Source: Octopus bimaculoides (Eukaryota). Taken from it: a stretch of 38,429 bases of DNA. Both the position numbers and the translations under genes were made by a program. Positions 9,997-21,529 of this stretch are shown here, in pieces. The stretch covers positions 26,578,227-26,616,655 of the forward strand of contig NC_068999.1 in assembly GCF_001194135.2 (NCBI RefSeq), given 5' to 3'. The notes below the pieces were generated by a model. That model did not search any database, was not told the origin of the DNA, and saw only the letters and a list, made by a program, of their open reading frames with translations. Position 1 is the first letter of the stretch. Every line of letters starts with the position of its first letter.

Positions 9997-12063
9997 TCAT
10001 CATCATCCTCATCATCGTTTAACGTCTGCTTTCCATGCTAGCATGGGTTGGGCAATTTGACTGAGGACTGGTAAAACCAGAAGGCTACACCAGGCTCCAA
10101 TCTGATTTGGTAGAGTTTCTACAGCTGGATGCCCTTCCTAACGCCAACCACTCCAAGAGTGTAGTGGGTGCTTTTACGTGCCACAGGCACGAAGGCCAGT
10201 CGGGCGGTACTGGCAACGGCCCCGCTCAAAATGGTGCATTTTATGTGCCACCTGCACAGGAGCCAGTGTAGCGGCACTGGCAACGACCTCGTTTGGATGA
10301 TTTTCTAACGTGCCACCGACTCAAGTGCCAGTAAGGCAACGCTGGTAACGATCACGCTCAAATGGTGCTATTTACGTGCCACTGGCACGGAATCCAGACA
10401 GCTGCTCCGGCAATGATCATGTTCAGACAGTGCTGTTAGTGCTCCACTGGCACAGGTGCCAGTCATCGAATATGGTTCAATTACGATTTCGATTTCACTT
10501 GCCCCAACAGGTCTTCGCAAGCAGAGTTTAGTATCCAATGAAAGAGAGGTTGGCATGGGTGCCAGTTGTCGAATTTGGTTCGATTTCGATTTCAAATTCA
10601 CTTGCCTCAACAGGTCTTTGCAAGCAGAGTTTAGTGTACAATGAAGTAAAGATACGAATTAGTGAGCTGGCTACACTTCTGGCAGAGGTCACAGATTATA
10701 CTCTCACTTGGCTTGCCAGGTCTTCTCACATACTGCATATTTCCAAAAGTCTTGGACATTAGTCATTGCTTCGGTGAGGTCATAGTTCGAAGGTCGTGCT
10801 TCACCACCTCGTCCCAGGTCTTCCTGAGTCTACCTCTTCCACAGGTTCCCTCAACTGCTAGGGTGTGGCACTTTTTCACACAGCTATCCTCATCCATTCT
10901 TGCCACATGTCCATACCAGCATGATCGTCTCTCTTGCACACCACAATTGATACTTCTTAGGTCCAACTTTTCTCTCAAGGTACTTACACTCTGTTGAGTA
11001 TGCACACTGACATTAAACATCCATCGGAGCATACTGGCTTCATTTCTTGCGAGCTTACGCATGTCCTCAGCAGTCATGGCCCATGTTTCACTGCCATGTA
11101 GCATGGCAGTTCGTACACATGCATCATGCAGTCTGCCTTTTACTCTGAGGGAGAGGCCCTTTGTCACCAGCAGAGGTAAGAGCTCTCTGAACTTTGCCCA
11201 GGCTATTCTTATTCTAGCAGCTACACTTTCAGCGCACCCTCCCCTGTTACAAACTTGGTCACCTAGAAAGCGGAAGCTATCAACTACTTCTAGTTTTTCT
11301 CCCTGGAGTGTGGCAGAGGTTGTTTTCTGCACATTTTCAGTGTTTATTGCACCTGAGCATCTGCCACATACAAAAACTGTCTTGCTAGTTAGCCTTCTTT
11401 TGATATTGCTGCACCTATTATGTGTCCATAGCTTACACTGGGTACATCTTATGGAGTTTCTACCTACGCCTTTTCCACAGATAGAGCAGGGCTATCTACC
11501 TGAAGGGGTTTGTGTTTTGNNNNNNNNNNCCTACGCCTTTTCCACAGATAGAGCAGGGCTATCTACCTGAAGGGGTTTGTGTTTTGTCTACCTTCCTACT
11601 TATTAGGACTTTGGTTTTAGCTAGGTTGACTCTAAGGCCCTTCGATTCTGGTCCTTGCTTCTACACCTGAAACTTCTCTAGTTCTGATAGTGACTCAACA
11701 ATTAGGGCAAGGTCATCAGCATAGAGGAGCACCCAGGGGCATCCCGTCTTGAATTCCTGTGTTATTGCCTGGAGGACTATGATAAATAGGAGGGGGCTGA
11801 GGACTGAACCTTGGTGGACCCCCTACCTCTACCCAGAATTCTTCACTGTACTCGTTGCCAACCCTCACCTTACTGACAGCATCCCTGTACATGGCTTGCA
11901 CAGCTCTCACTAACCACTCATCTATCCCTAGTTTCCTCATTGACCACCAGATAAGGGAGCGGGGGACCCTGTCAAAGGTTTTCTCCATGTCAACGAAAGC
12001 CAGGTACAGAGGTTTATCTTTGGCTAGGTATTTCTCCTACAGAGGTTTATCTTTGGCTAGGTA
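9997..12063 (-). mobile_element. Young 5'-truncated RTE-clade LINE: RT with embedded PHD finger, repeat-containing 3' UTR, (GAT)n tail
   Basis: EKYLAKDKPLYLAFVDMEKTFDRVPRSLIWW, GVHQGSVLSPLLF (across a frameshift), LLYADDLALI, then CSICGKG...CGRC and the 189-aa ORF 10763-11332 (FLGD, LHGSETW, WYGHVAR, GRGRLRKTW); CpGs largely retained. Confidence 0.93.
11520..11529. other. 10-N scaffold gap with a 57-nt overlap duplicated on both sides
   Basis: 11463-11519 is identical to 11530-11586. Confidence 0.9.
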
Positions 12064-12649
12064 ACAAAAATTCAGTTAGAGGAATCCATTGTCCAAAACT
12101 CCATCAAATTCAGTTTGTCTTTGACAATTTAGTGCTTAGAACTAGCCAAAGGCAGTTAATTTCTTCTCACATCTAAATTTAAGCTGAGTTGTCTCATATT
12201 CTCAATACAAGATTCTCATCACATTTCTCTAATTTTTGAAAATTCCATACATATTCCAAAGTTTACTGTATTGTTAAAGGTAAATCTACTAGTGAGTTAA
12301 CAACCATTATTAACAAGAATAAGGTTCAAATGAATCCAAAGTCTTTGGAGATGAGACAGTGCCACTAATACATATTAGTAGTAGTTCATTATTATCACTC
12401 TCCTCATAATTGCATTTCTTTATTATTAATAATTTTTTGAGATCAGAGAAAAACAATGTTAGGGAGAAGCAATACAATATATTGTGTCTGTATGCTATGA
12501 GATGTTATGTGTGTATCTATGTGCATGTAATTGAATGTGTATGTGGACATGTTTAGTAGTCTTTTGTATCATTTATGGGTGCAGTTGCATCAGTTCTTTT
12601 TCTTAAGGCATTGTACATATTGTATACACATTTGCACATAAACATTCAT

Positions 12650-12800
12650 GTGCCCTCAGTATTTGCATTCTGAGTTCATTTTCTATTGCGGCCAACATTG
12701 CCTTGCATTCTTTTGAATTCAATAAAATAATATACTCAGTTAAGTATAACTGATTGCTCTCCACCCTACCAAATTTCTAACCTTTTAGTGAAAAATTATT
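12650..12800 (+). mobile_element. Old tRNA-SINE core fragment
   Basis: tctgagttcattttctattgcggccaacattgccttgcattc... resembles the reverse complement of the SINE at 28465-28680. Confidence 0.4.
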
Positions 12801-13259
12801 GTTTCAACTGTCTCATCTCTCCCACCCCTGAAAATTCAATCTGCTTGAACTTCCAATCTCCCTTTTCAACTGACCTAGTTCCTGCAATTGTCCCTCCTCA
12901 TCCCTTCACTTTTTTTTTCCATTGCTTCCCACACTACTTACACTGTGTTTCTATTTCCCTCTCTCCCACACTCCTCTCTCATTTATCTTTCATGTTAGCA
13001 ACCATATATACACATACATATATTTCTCTCTGAAAAAGACCATCTAACTGAAACTTTGAATTTTCATTCTTCATGACAACTTAATCATTGTACATTATTT
13101 TTATCTACAAAATTATACACTAATGCACTTGGACTAGAAGTAGCAATACTGAAAGGCTCCAACATGAAACTATTTATCTCAAACAGATGTTACCACTGAA
13201 GAATGACTATTCAATGCATGAAAATATATATTCAAAACCTCTTGCCTGTAGTATATTTG

Positions 13260-14676
13260 CCAGTTACATATAGTTTACCCTGTCAAATTCTTTCAAGTGA
13301 TCCAAAATTGATCAGTGCTATACTGAAGCCAGGTATAGTTCCTATTTTTTTATACTGCACATTGTAGGAAGTGTAGGCACCAACATAATCACCGACGACA
13401 AAGATAAACCTTTTCTAAAGTATTTTCTTAAATTTTTTTTATTTCTCTGCCAAATGGAGCTGTAAGCCAATTATCAAAATTGCCTCCTTTGTGATCTTTT
13501 CCAGAAATGCCGCTACACCTCATGTTATATGACTCAGAATGTTCTATCAGTTACCAGGTGAAATTAAGCATTGACAGCAACAGTCTCAAACAAAACTGGC
13601 CCTTTGATGTGAGACTCACTCACACTTGTCCAGTACTGCTTTCACTTCAAAGCCATTGCTACCTTGATCCAGCCTAAATTGGATACCCCAGACCCTTCCA
13701 GTTTGGACTTAGTCCATACTTGAAGTTCTAATCTCAGATCAAATACAAGCTTGGACAACACACTGTATTCAGCATGTTGGCAGTGCTTCCAGCAGTCAAA
13801 CATTAAAAAGATAAACAATCTTAGAGCAATACTATATTGGTTGTCATGACTTTGCTAATAGGATGGGGAGGGGATGTAAAATGAGTAACTTCTGGTTTCT
13901 TGTTTTCTCCTTACCTATTTGAAGCCATAACATTGCAAGTATTGCATCATCTTTGGGAGTAAAAATTAGTTAGCAGTTGCTGAAGTTGAGTCTGAAACAG
14001 TTAGGTGGTAGGTCCTCTTTTTTGTGAAGAAAGATTTTTCTCAACTTGGACCCAAATGTAATTGAGGTTGTTAATAAAGTATCTGGATAATATTTGGTGT
14101 TCAGCAATCATTATCCTTTCTCTGTTGGATTCCACATAATTTTTTTCATGCACTAATGTCTTATTCGATAATTTTCAATTTTTAAAAGATGTCTACAATG
14201 GGGCAAAATGAGGAATAACTAATTTCTCCTCTTTAACTGCATGGTGTGTGAATATATCGGGAGGAGAGCCACTCCAGCAGATCCTGAAGCAGCTATAGAC
14301 AATATCTTATGTTGAGTTTCGTTAATTTCATATCATGTCATTTTTTTCATGAGCCCTAGAAATTAAAATTTTTTGTTGCATTTCTGATCTTACTGATATC
14401 TAAGGATGGACATTGATGTGTATGAGTCTTTTTTCAAATGTAATTCTGAAGAACTGAAGGGGCAAATTTGCCTTATCTGGTCTTACTCATTTTGCCCCAT
14501 TTAAATTTGTCTTTGATGCACAAAGAGAACGGTGATAATTAGTGTCTTTAATGCATTTAGAGAAGGTCATTTGATTAGCTGATATAGTTTGTGTAAGATA
14601 CTGGATATTAGTAAGAAAATTTTTTTTTTCCTCAAAGTTGAAAATGCAGTAAATATTCCTCATTGTGCCCCGCCTT
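13260..14676. mobile_element. Decayed DNA transposon (probably pogo/Tc1-mariner-like) with terminus at 14676
   Basis: 13975-14676 is homologous, inverted, to 22917-23465 and carries a repeated GGGGCA(A/C)AATG subterminal motif. Weak + strand remnants LMLYDSECSISYQV and WPFDVR (13500-13600) resemble the DDE_1 motifs LLYDGHxSH and QPLDV. The family call is weak. Confidence 0.45.
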
Positions 14677-14699
14677 CAAAGCACTGCTAATTATTTATT

Positions 14700-17600
14700 T
14701 CTTCATCATTCCAGTTTGTTGGAATCAGAAGTTATCACTGCACAGAAACTTATTCGCTATTGTAATTCAGAGATTATCAATAACGGGAATATTTCCATTC
14801 ATTGACAATTTAACACAGCAACTGCAAACTTAACAAAGTAAGACACCAATATCTTTATAAATTCAATTTTAAATTAAAACTATAAAAAAAAAAAAATTAC
14901 ACAAGATGTTCCAAGAATCTTGTTGAATGCTTAAAACCGAAACTTGAACTGATAACTGTCAACAGACTAAAATCAACACCTACTTGTACAATAATTTTTA
15001 CCTACCTTAGAGAATTAACCACATTAAATATAAGGTAATATTGTCGGACTTTCAGCTCATATATTAAGTAATTGCAGGTGTTCTTGTCTCATTTGGATAC
15101 ATAATTCTGTTTCAATTCACTGTTCTTTTGAGAATAGTATCGTATTTAGATGGAGTTTCTTCGGTTCACACACTTTTTATCGCTACATCCCGCTATACCA
15201 ATTAGATTTTAAACAGAACTTCATTCATTCATTCATTTAGACTAATAAAATCATAATAAAAAAATACACCCTAGAGTTTATACTAGTGATTATTGTTATT
15301 ATTTAGCTAAAGTCAGACTGAGAAAGACACAAACACATTCCAACCAGAACCACTGTACCTTAAATGGTATCAAGGAATACATTATTCATGGTGTTCTTTC
15401 CTTTTTCAAGATGGTTTGCTGTGATTTGAAAATTTGGTTACTATTTTTAGCAAGTCAAGAGACTACGTAAAGGCTCCCATGTTGGCTCAGTAGATTCGTG
15501 TTAGACAGATAATAAAGCATTGAATGAAATGCGAGAGATCTACTGGCTGAACTCACTTTCGAAGATTAAAAATTTGTTCTTGAAGGCAAGTCAAACGAGG
15601 TAGCTCAAATTTTTCATAACAAAACCTATCAACAATGATTTATTCATTCATCAAATAAAGATGTATTTGCCCATCTATGCGGAACGTAGATAAAATTGTT
15701 TTCCGAGGCTGTGTAATTTTAGGACAATAAATGTTTATTTAAATTATATTTTATAAATAACCATAAGTAGGTAGGTATAAGACCGGTTCTGTAATGAAAA
15801 AATAGTCGACTAATTTAACTTTACTATACTAGTACTCATTCAATCGGTTTAAGCCAGGCAAAAACCAACCGCGAACGATTTCGTCTCTTTATAGTGAGCA
15901 TTATTAATAACCGGGCTCTCTTCACAGCCGTCATTGTCCGTATAACCATAACAAGGTAAAGGAGAAAAGAAAAAAAAGGAGGCAGAATGAATGAAAATAA
16001 TTAAGAGCTTTGTGGGAAATGAGAACATTTACAATTTCAATGTTTAGATGACGTTTTTTTTAAATAAAATATTTTGGAAATAGTATTACAAAATACCTAT
16101 GAGAGGTATGAATCACTTTTCGTAGGAGCTTAGAATGTTTATATAGAAGGGAAACATTAAAAGGGGGAACTACCAAACACGAAAATGACATGGAAATATT
16201 TAAAAAGTTATAATTACATCAGGTATTGGATACAAATAGGGAAAAATCATCAGAAAAATTGAAGAGCAACTGTTAAAAGACAACCGTTAGACAAGACGAT
16301 AATCCTTTTGCAACAGGGACGAAAATGGCATAAGGAATGACGAAAACTAAGGAATTTGGCAGACGCATTGTTAGAATAAATATAATATTTAAGGACGCTT
16401 CTGGGAAATAAAGAAACACTGAAACGAGAATTTTGCTCGATTAGCCAACTGCTACTCAATTATTCCCATTGTTGCGATTACACCTAAACGACTACAAGCT
16501 TCCATGAAGGACGAAGTAATGTAAGAAATATATATTAAATACAGAAGTGAAAGTAATATCTAAGATCTCTTACCTTGCTAGGAGGTATGGCCAGAATGAT
16601 TTAATATAGAATGTTATTCAGTTGAGTGAAATAGGTTTAAAGCTGTGAGAATTATCTCCTTTTACTTTCAACAAAAGTGGCAGAAGGCAGCAAAGAGTGT
16701 GTTAAGGGCGACAACAACGGGAAACCTTGTAAAATGACATAACGGGACGCACTGACTATTTCATGAAAACTACGTTTTCAAATCGAAATGTCTGAAAGCT
16801 CCAAAATTACTCAACTGAATAATAATAGTAATAAACAAGGATTTTCCTGATACCTTATTTGAGAAATTGGTAACACGAATAGCCAATACGCGTGCGCCGA
16901 ATTGGCGGAACTGAATATAATCCCCGGCTACCTGCTTTGCTCAGTGAAACGTGATTATTTAAAGCGAGAATATTTTTGTTTCGCTTAGGTACATTGATGT
17001 GTATACTTAATATATTGCTGCACCAAATCTTTTCACTCTTATTATTAACAATTTTGCCTTTTAACTGCACAATAATTTCTGTTAATTTTCCTGATCTTGA
17101 AAAATATTTCTCTTTCAAATAGATTAAATTAGCTTCCCGGAAATTTTAAATGAATACCTTTTATTCCATGTTACCTGGAATAGATGTTTGTTTAAATATA
17201 AAACTGAACCAATGGGCCTAATAATAAGTTAGACATGCTAATGTTTTACCCGTATGTTTGTTAATTACAGTCCTTAGAAATTTATTCTCCTCACCCCCCA
17301 CTAATAATGACTTTAATTATCGTTAAAGCAATTCAAACCATTCTAAATTCAATTTTGATGTGTTCTCACGGATTAGGAATTTGTAATTGATTTCTATTAT
17401 AAGGTTAATGAAATGTAACAGAAAATTTCAGATTCTGCGGATATTTTAAAAGGTATATTTTGACTGGAAAACAAAAGTTCGCCTATGATAGTATATAGTT
17501 TGCTGGTAAATTAACATTAAAGGAAGTAGCCAAGGACTTATAGTTGGGGTGGGGAAAACTAATGCACTTTTAATTTACTGTAATTTTAAATCGATTACTT

Positions 17601-19000
17601 ATATGTAAACTTGTTTGGTTTAACATTCATTTCTTAATTCACCTTTTAACAAAATAACCATATAAACATGCCCAGTATAAAAAAGAAAAGAAAATTCCAC
17701 AAGGTGGAGAAAGTGGAGTAATTTCAAAACTTATTTTACTGTTTACCGTTATTTCTAGTTACAATAAGTTTATGATAGCTTATTTGAAGTTTTGTTTTTC
17801 CATTTTGTTAATTCTAACAATCAGGGAAATCTAAATGTATGGTATACTGTTATAATCAAAATAGTGCAGAGAATTGCTGATCCAAATCATCAGTGGGTGA
17901 TCAGTCCTGTTGACTTCAATGGGAGCACGAAATAGGATAGAATAGCCATTTCTCGAAGCTGTTAGCATAAGCAAAAGTAGCTGCAACAATGACTCAAAAC
18001 TGGATTTCGGGTACTGAGGATTTAAACACATTTCAGCCATTTTCTTGCTACTCAGCAGATTCGACATGCTAATTAAATGTTCGATATCAGAAATTGAAAC
18101 TTGATCAAAGACGTTTTCAGCAGAATGTAGGGTGCAGCCTACTGATGTTTTCCTTTCTTTGAAGAAGAGCAATTGTCCAAAACGTTTGACATCTTTTCTT
18201 TCTGACAATATGAAATATACTCTTTTGTATTGTTTGAAGTATGACTTGACTATGTCCTTTAGAAAGGAGTAGTGGGAAAAATAAGAAAAGTAATTAAGTA
18301 GATTTATTTACATGTGCAAAGCTCTGTTCATGTAATTTTGAAACATTTATGTAAGTATATGGATAGTGTAGAAGACCAATTTGATAGTGCTTGACAACCT
18401 ACTGAGATATTGCCTGTCATTTGCTCGATTTGTGTTTGTGGACATTATATTCTGTCTATAAATATGTATGACGGTGGCAATTTAAGTAGTGGCAAGAATG
18501 TAAAATTGACAAAAAGAAGGAAGAATTGGCCAATATTGCCATTTAAATAAATTTTGATATGTTCCTGTGGACCTAGAAAAGACAAAATATCAACCCGCAA
18601 AACCATTTCATTTTAAACCTCTGTCTCATTGTTTTAAGATATCTTTCAGAAGGATATTAATGTTTAAAATTAATGATGGAAACTAGAATACAACCATTTT
18701 GAATCAGTTTTCAAAATATTCTTGATTAGGTTGTAATTTCAATATTTAGAGAAGTAGTTTGCAAGGTTTTAGACAAAATACTTATGGTATTTAGCTGCTC
18801 AGTATATCAATAAATTTCCCTCACTACATTATTAAGTTTGAACATTAAATGATGTTCAAACATTAGTTTGAACATTATTTAATGTTCAAACTAGTTTTTT
18901 CTAAATTCATATCTTAATGTTATTTCTGTACTACTTTCTTAAATGTATCTTTAATCTATTTCTTAATTACTAACTGTGTATCAAAAGGATTACATTTTGA
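14700..19000. promoter_or_regulatory. CpG-retaining unique region upstream of ASCC1; candidate promoter and 5' non-coding exon region
   Basis: CG dinucleotides are visibly frequent here (e.g. accgcgaacgatttcgtc, aatacgcgtgcgccgaattggcgg) and rare in the flanking DNA. The ASCC1 ATG exon starts at a splice acceptor, so an upstream exon must exist. Confidence 0.4.
18835..18892. repeat. 58-bp near-perfect palindrome made of two hairpins
   Basis: Four GTTTGAACAT/ATGTTCAAAC units in alternating orientation. Confidence 0.9.
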
Positions 19001-20071
19001 GGATTTTTCCTTTTGGCCAGCACATAGAAAAAAAATTTTTTGTAACTAAACACTCTCAAATTTCGTATACTGGTAGAATGTATCATTTAAAACATCATTT
19101 ACTCTTGGCGTTTCTAAGAAAATTCTTCTTTTCGAAGTTATTTCATGTTAAAGTTGTCGTAGTTTGGTAATTTCAACCAATATTGATTGGTTGAAATTAC
19201 CGAAATACGACAATATGTCTATTGATGTGAAAACAATTACTGCTGTGGTTTGTCAACAAGACGTTCTGGCGGTGTAAATGTACTTTTTCACTGTTATTTA
19301 TGACATCGTTTGTGCGTTTGTACTGGTTTTAGCTTTAGGTTTAGGGTCAGGGTTAGGGATAGGGTTTTAGAGTTAGGGTTAGGGTTTTTTTTCAGCTACT
19401 ATTTTCAGAAAGACATTTTTGTTCCCCACCTCCAATTTCTTCATTTTTCACATTTTTCCATAACTCTAACCCTAAAATCCCAACCCTAACCCTAACTCTA
19501 AAACCCTATCCCTAACCCTAAAATCCTAACCCTGCTCCTAAAACTCTAAAGCTAAAACCAGTATGAACGATGTCATAAATAACAGTGACAAACAAAATAT
19601 TTACCGCCGATAGTTGTTGTTGACAAACAACAGCAGTAATTTTATTCAAGGGAAAAGATCCCAAAATAGGCAATTTTAAAAATGCTAAAACAAAACGAAA
19701 ATACTTCTACAAACAAAATAAACTGAAAATTTTTTTTAAATAACTAATAACTGGATTGATTAAACTATATACACGTGTATCTCAAATGTAAATATATCAG
19801 AAATAACAGTGGCAAAGTACATTTACACCACCAGAACGTCTTGTTGACAAACCACAGCAGTAATTGTTTTCACCTCAATAGACGTCATTGATTGGTTGAA
19901 ATTACCAAAATATGACAACTTTAACATGAAATAACTTCGAAAATGAAGAATTTTCTTAAAAATGCCAAGTGTAAATGATTTAAATGATACATTCTACCAG
20001 TATACGAAATTTGAAAATGTTTAGTTACAAAAGATTATTTTTTCTATGTGCTGGCCAAAAGGAAAAGATCC
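19001..20071. mobile_element. Non-autonomous DNA transposon with long TIRs, GG...CC termini, 8-bp TSD and internal telomere-like arrays (Merlin- or MULE-like)
   Basis: TSD cattttga at 18993-19000 and 20072-20079; termini GGATTTTTCCTTTTGGCCAGCACATAG and CTATGTGCTGGCCAAAAGGAAAAGATCC; TIRs of about 280 bp; TTAGGG-like array at 19335-19384 and CCCTAA-like array at about 19461-19545. Confidence 0.85.
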
Positions 20072-20560
20072 CATTTTGATCCTGTATAATTGTTGCAGGT
20101 CCTAATATTTGGCTTTAGAAATTTCACTATCATACAGTATTGTACTTCTGCTTTTTATATGAAGAGAGAAACTTTTTGCAGTAGGCAGATCATTTTCCTA
20201 AACATCAACCAAATCTCTGATCTTTCTATAACTAACACCACCCCAATAACTTCTGGAGTGTACTTCTGTTATCCATTACACATGTACATTATTCTTTCCC
20301 TACAAATATACACTCTGCTTGTATATTTGTCTAAAATCCATTTGTTATAATCTCTTATATCTTAATAATTTGGAAACTAACTATATATTCATCCTAACCT
20401 CAAAGTGATTGTGAATTAAGACTTATTGTTAGTTTCATTATTGAAAATTGATCTATTCTTTTAATTGACAATTTTGTATCTGAATTTTCAAATGATAAAT
20501 TCTAGTTCCAATTAGAAATGTTTCCTAATATTATTTTCCTGTTATCATTGTTCTTTTAGT

Positions 20561-20663
20561 ATGGAGGTTCTAAGGCCTAGTTTATTGAAAATTGGCAACA
20601 GAATTTATCGCAAGTATCCAACCTCACAGACTGAAAGTAAACAAGCTAAAGATGAGTTATTTG
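20561..20663 (+). CDS. ASCC1: ASCC1 coding exon 1 (activating signal cointegrator 1 complex subunit 1)
   Basis: MEVLRPSLLKIGNRIYRKYP matches the recalled ASCC1 N-terminus MEVLRPQLIRIDGRNYRKNP; acceptor ttcttttag at 20559, donor gtaaga at 20664 (phase 1). Confidence 0.92.
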
Positions 20664-20965
20664 GTAAGACCATTTTCTTCTTCCCTACTGGAATATTTTC
20701 TAGACTTTCTGTAAAGTGAACCAATTGCTAATCAATAGTACCAACACTAATGTAGACTTATGAAATGGAAATAACAACACAGACTACATAACTACAATTA
20801 TAACCAACTGTAAAGCTTTGTTTATGTACAAAAAACAGACAACTCATTTGTTCAAACTGGAATTAATTGCATAAAGATGCCATCTGTACAGAACCACAAT
20901 AATTAAGTTTGTGTTAGCATTGTGAATGAAAAATTTTAAATGAGTTTTTTATTTTTTTATTTCAG

Positions 20966-21169
20966 AGGATTATGCAGAATATGCAAAAGATGAAAGCTGT
21001 GACAATGTTGAGGTTGTTGCGACAGAAAAAGGATTTGAGGGGAAAATGTCCATAGCAAGTGAATATTTCAAATACATTATTGGCAAGAAAGGAGAAACAA
21101 AAAAAAGGATAGAGAATGAGACACGAACCCAAATACGTATTCCTACAAGGGGCCAGGATGGAGATATTG
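20966..21169 (+). CDS. ASCC1: ASCC1 coding exon 2 (KH domain, GxxG loop)
   Basis: EDYAEY...SEYFKYIIGKKGETKKRIENETRTQIRIPTRGQDGDI; acceptor ttcag, donor gtgagg; 204 nt, phase 1 to 1. Confidence 0.95.
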
Positions 21170-21529
21170 GTGAGGAAACAAATTTGTTTCTAAGTTTTTC
21201 TCTTGATAAATTGATAAAGCCTTAAATTGAACAATATATTTTTGTTTCATTTTAATTGGAACAATCTAAGTACCTGTTTCTTTTTGCTGAATATCTTATG
21301 ATGTATCTTGGCTATATCCAAAAATGAATTGAATGCTGGGCAAAGTCTGTGTAACACAAAAATTCAAATTCTGTTTGACTATTTTTGTGGTAATAGTGTT
21401 CTGTTTTCTATTTTGCTAACTGAAATGGTCATCTTTGCTAAATTGACTTTTAGGCCTTTCAATTCTAGTCTGCTTCCATAAAAACTTTCCCTTTCATTCT
21501 TAAACGTATTTGTTCTTGCAAAGTAGATT

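Noticed and set aside
10172-10460. Regularly spaced repeats resembling a CRISPR array
   Set aside because: The whole units are homologous (no unique spacers), they lie in a LINE 3' UTR, and the context is eukaryotic with no cas genes.
11463-11586. Perfect 57-nt direct repeat inside the RTE PHD region
   Set aside because: It flanks a 10-N gap exactly, which is typical of an unmerged contig overlap.
14715-14778. LLESEVITAQKLIRYCNSEII resembling ASCC1 exon 4
   Set aside because: The match is short, a stop follows soon after, and no neighbouring ASCC1-like exons exist; compatible with chance.
16250-17118. Minus-strand ORFs of 69 and 87 aa
   Set aside because: No recognisable motifs or convincing splice context, and the lengths are within chance expectation.
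19335-19545. Head-to-head telomere arrays as an ancient chromosome fusion site
   Set aside because: The arrays are short and enclosed by TIRs and an 8-bp TSD, so they belong to a transposon.
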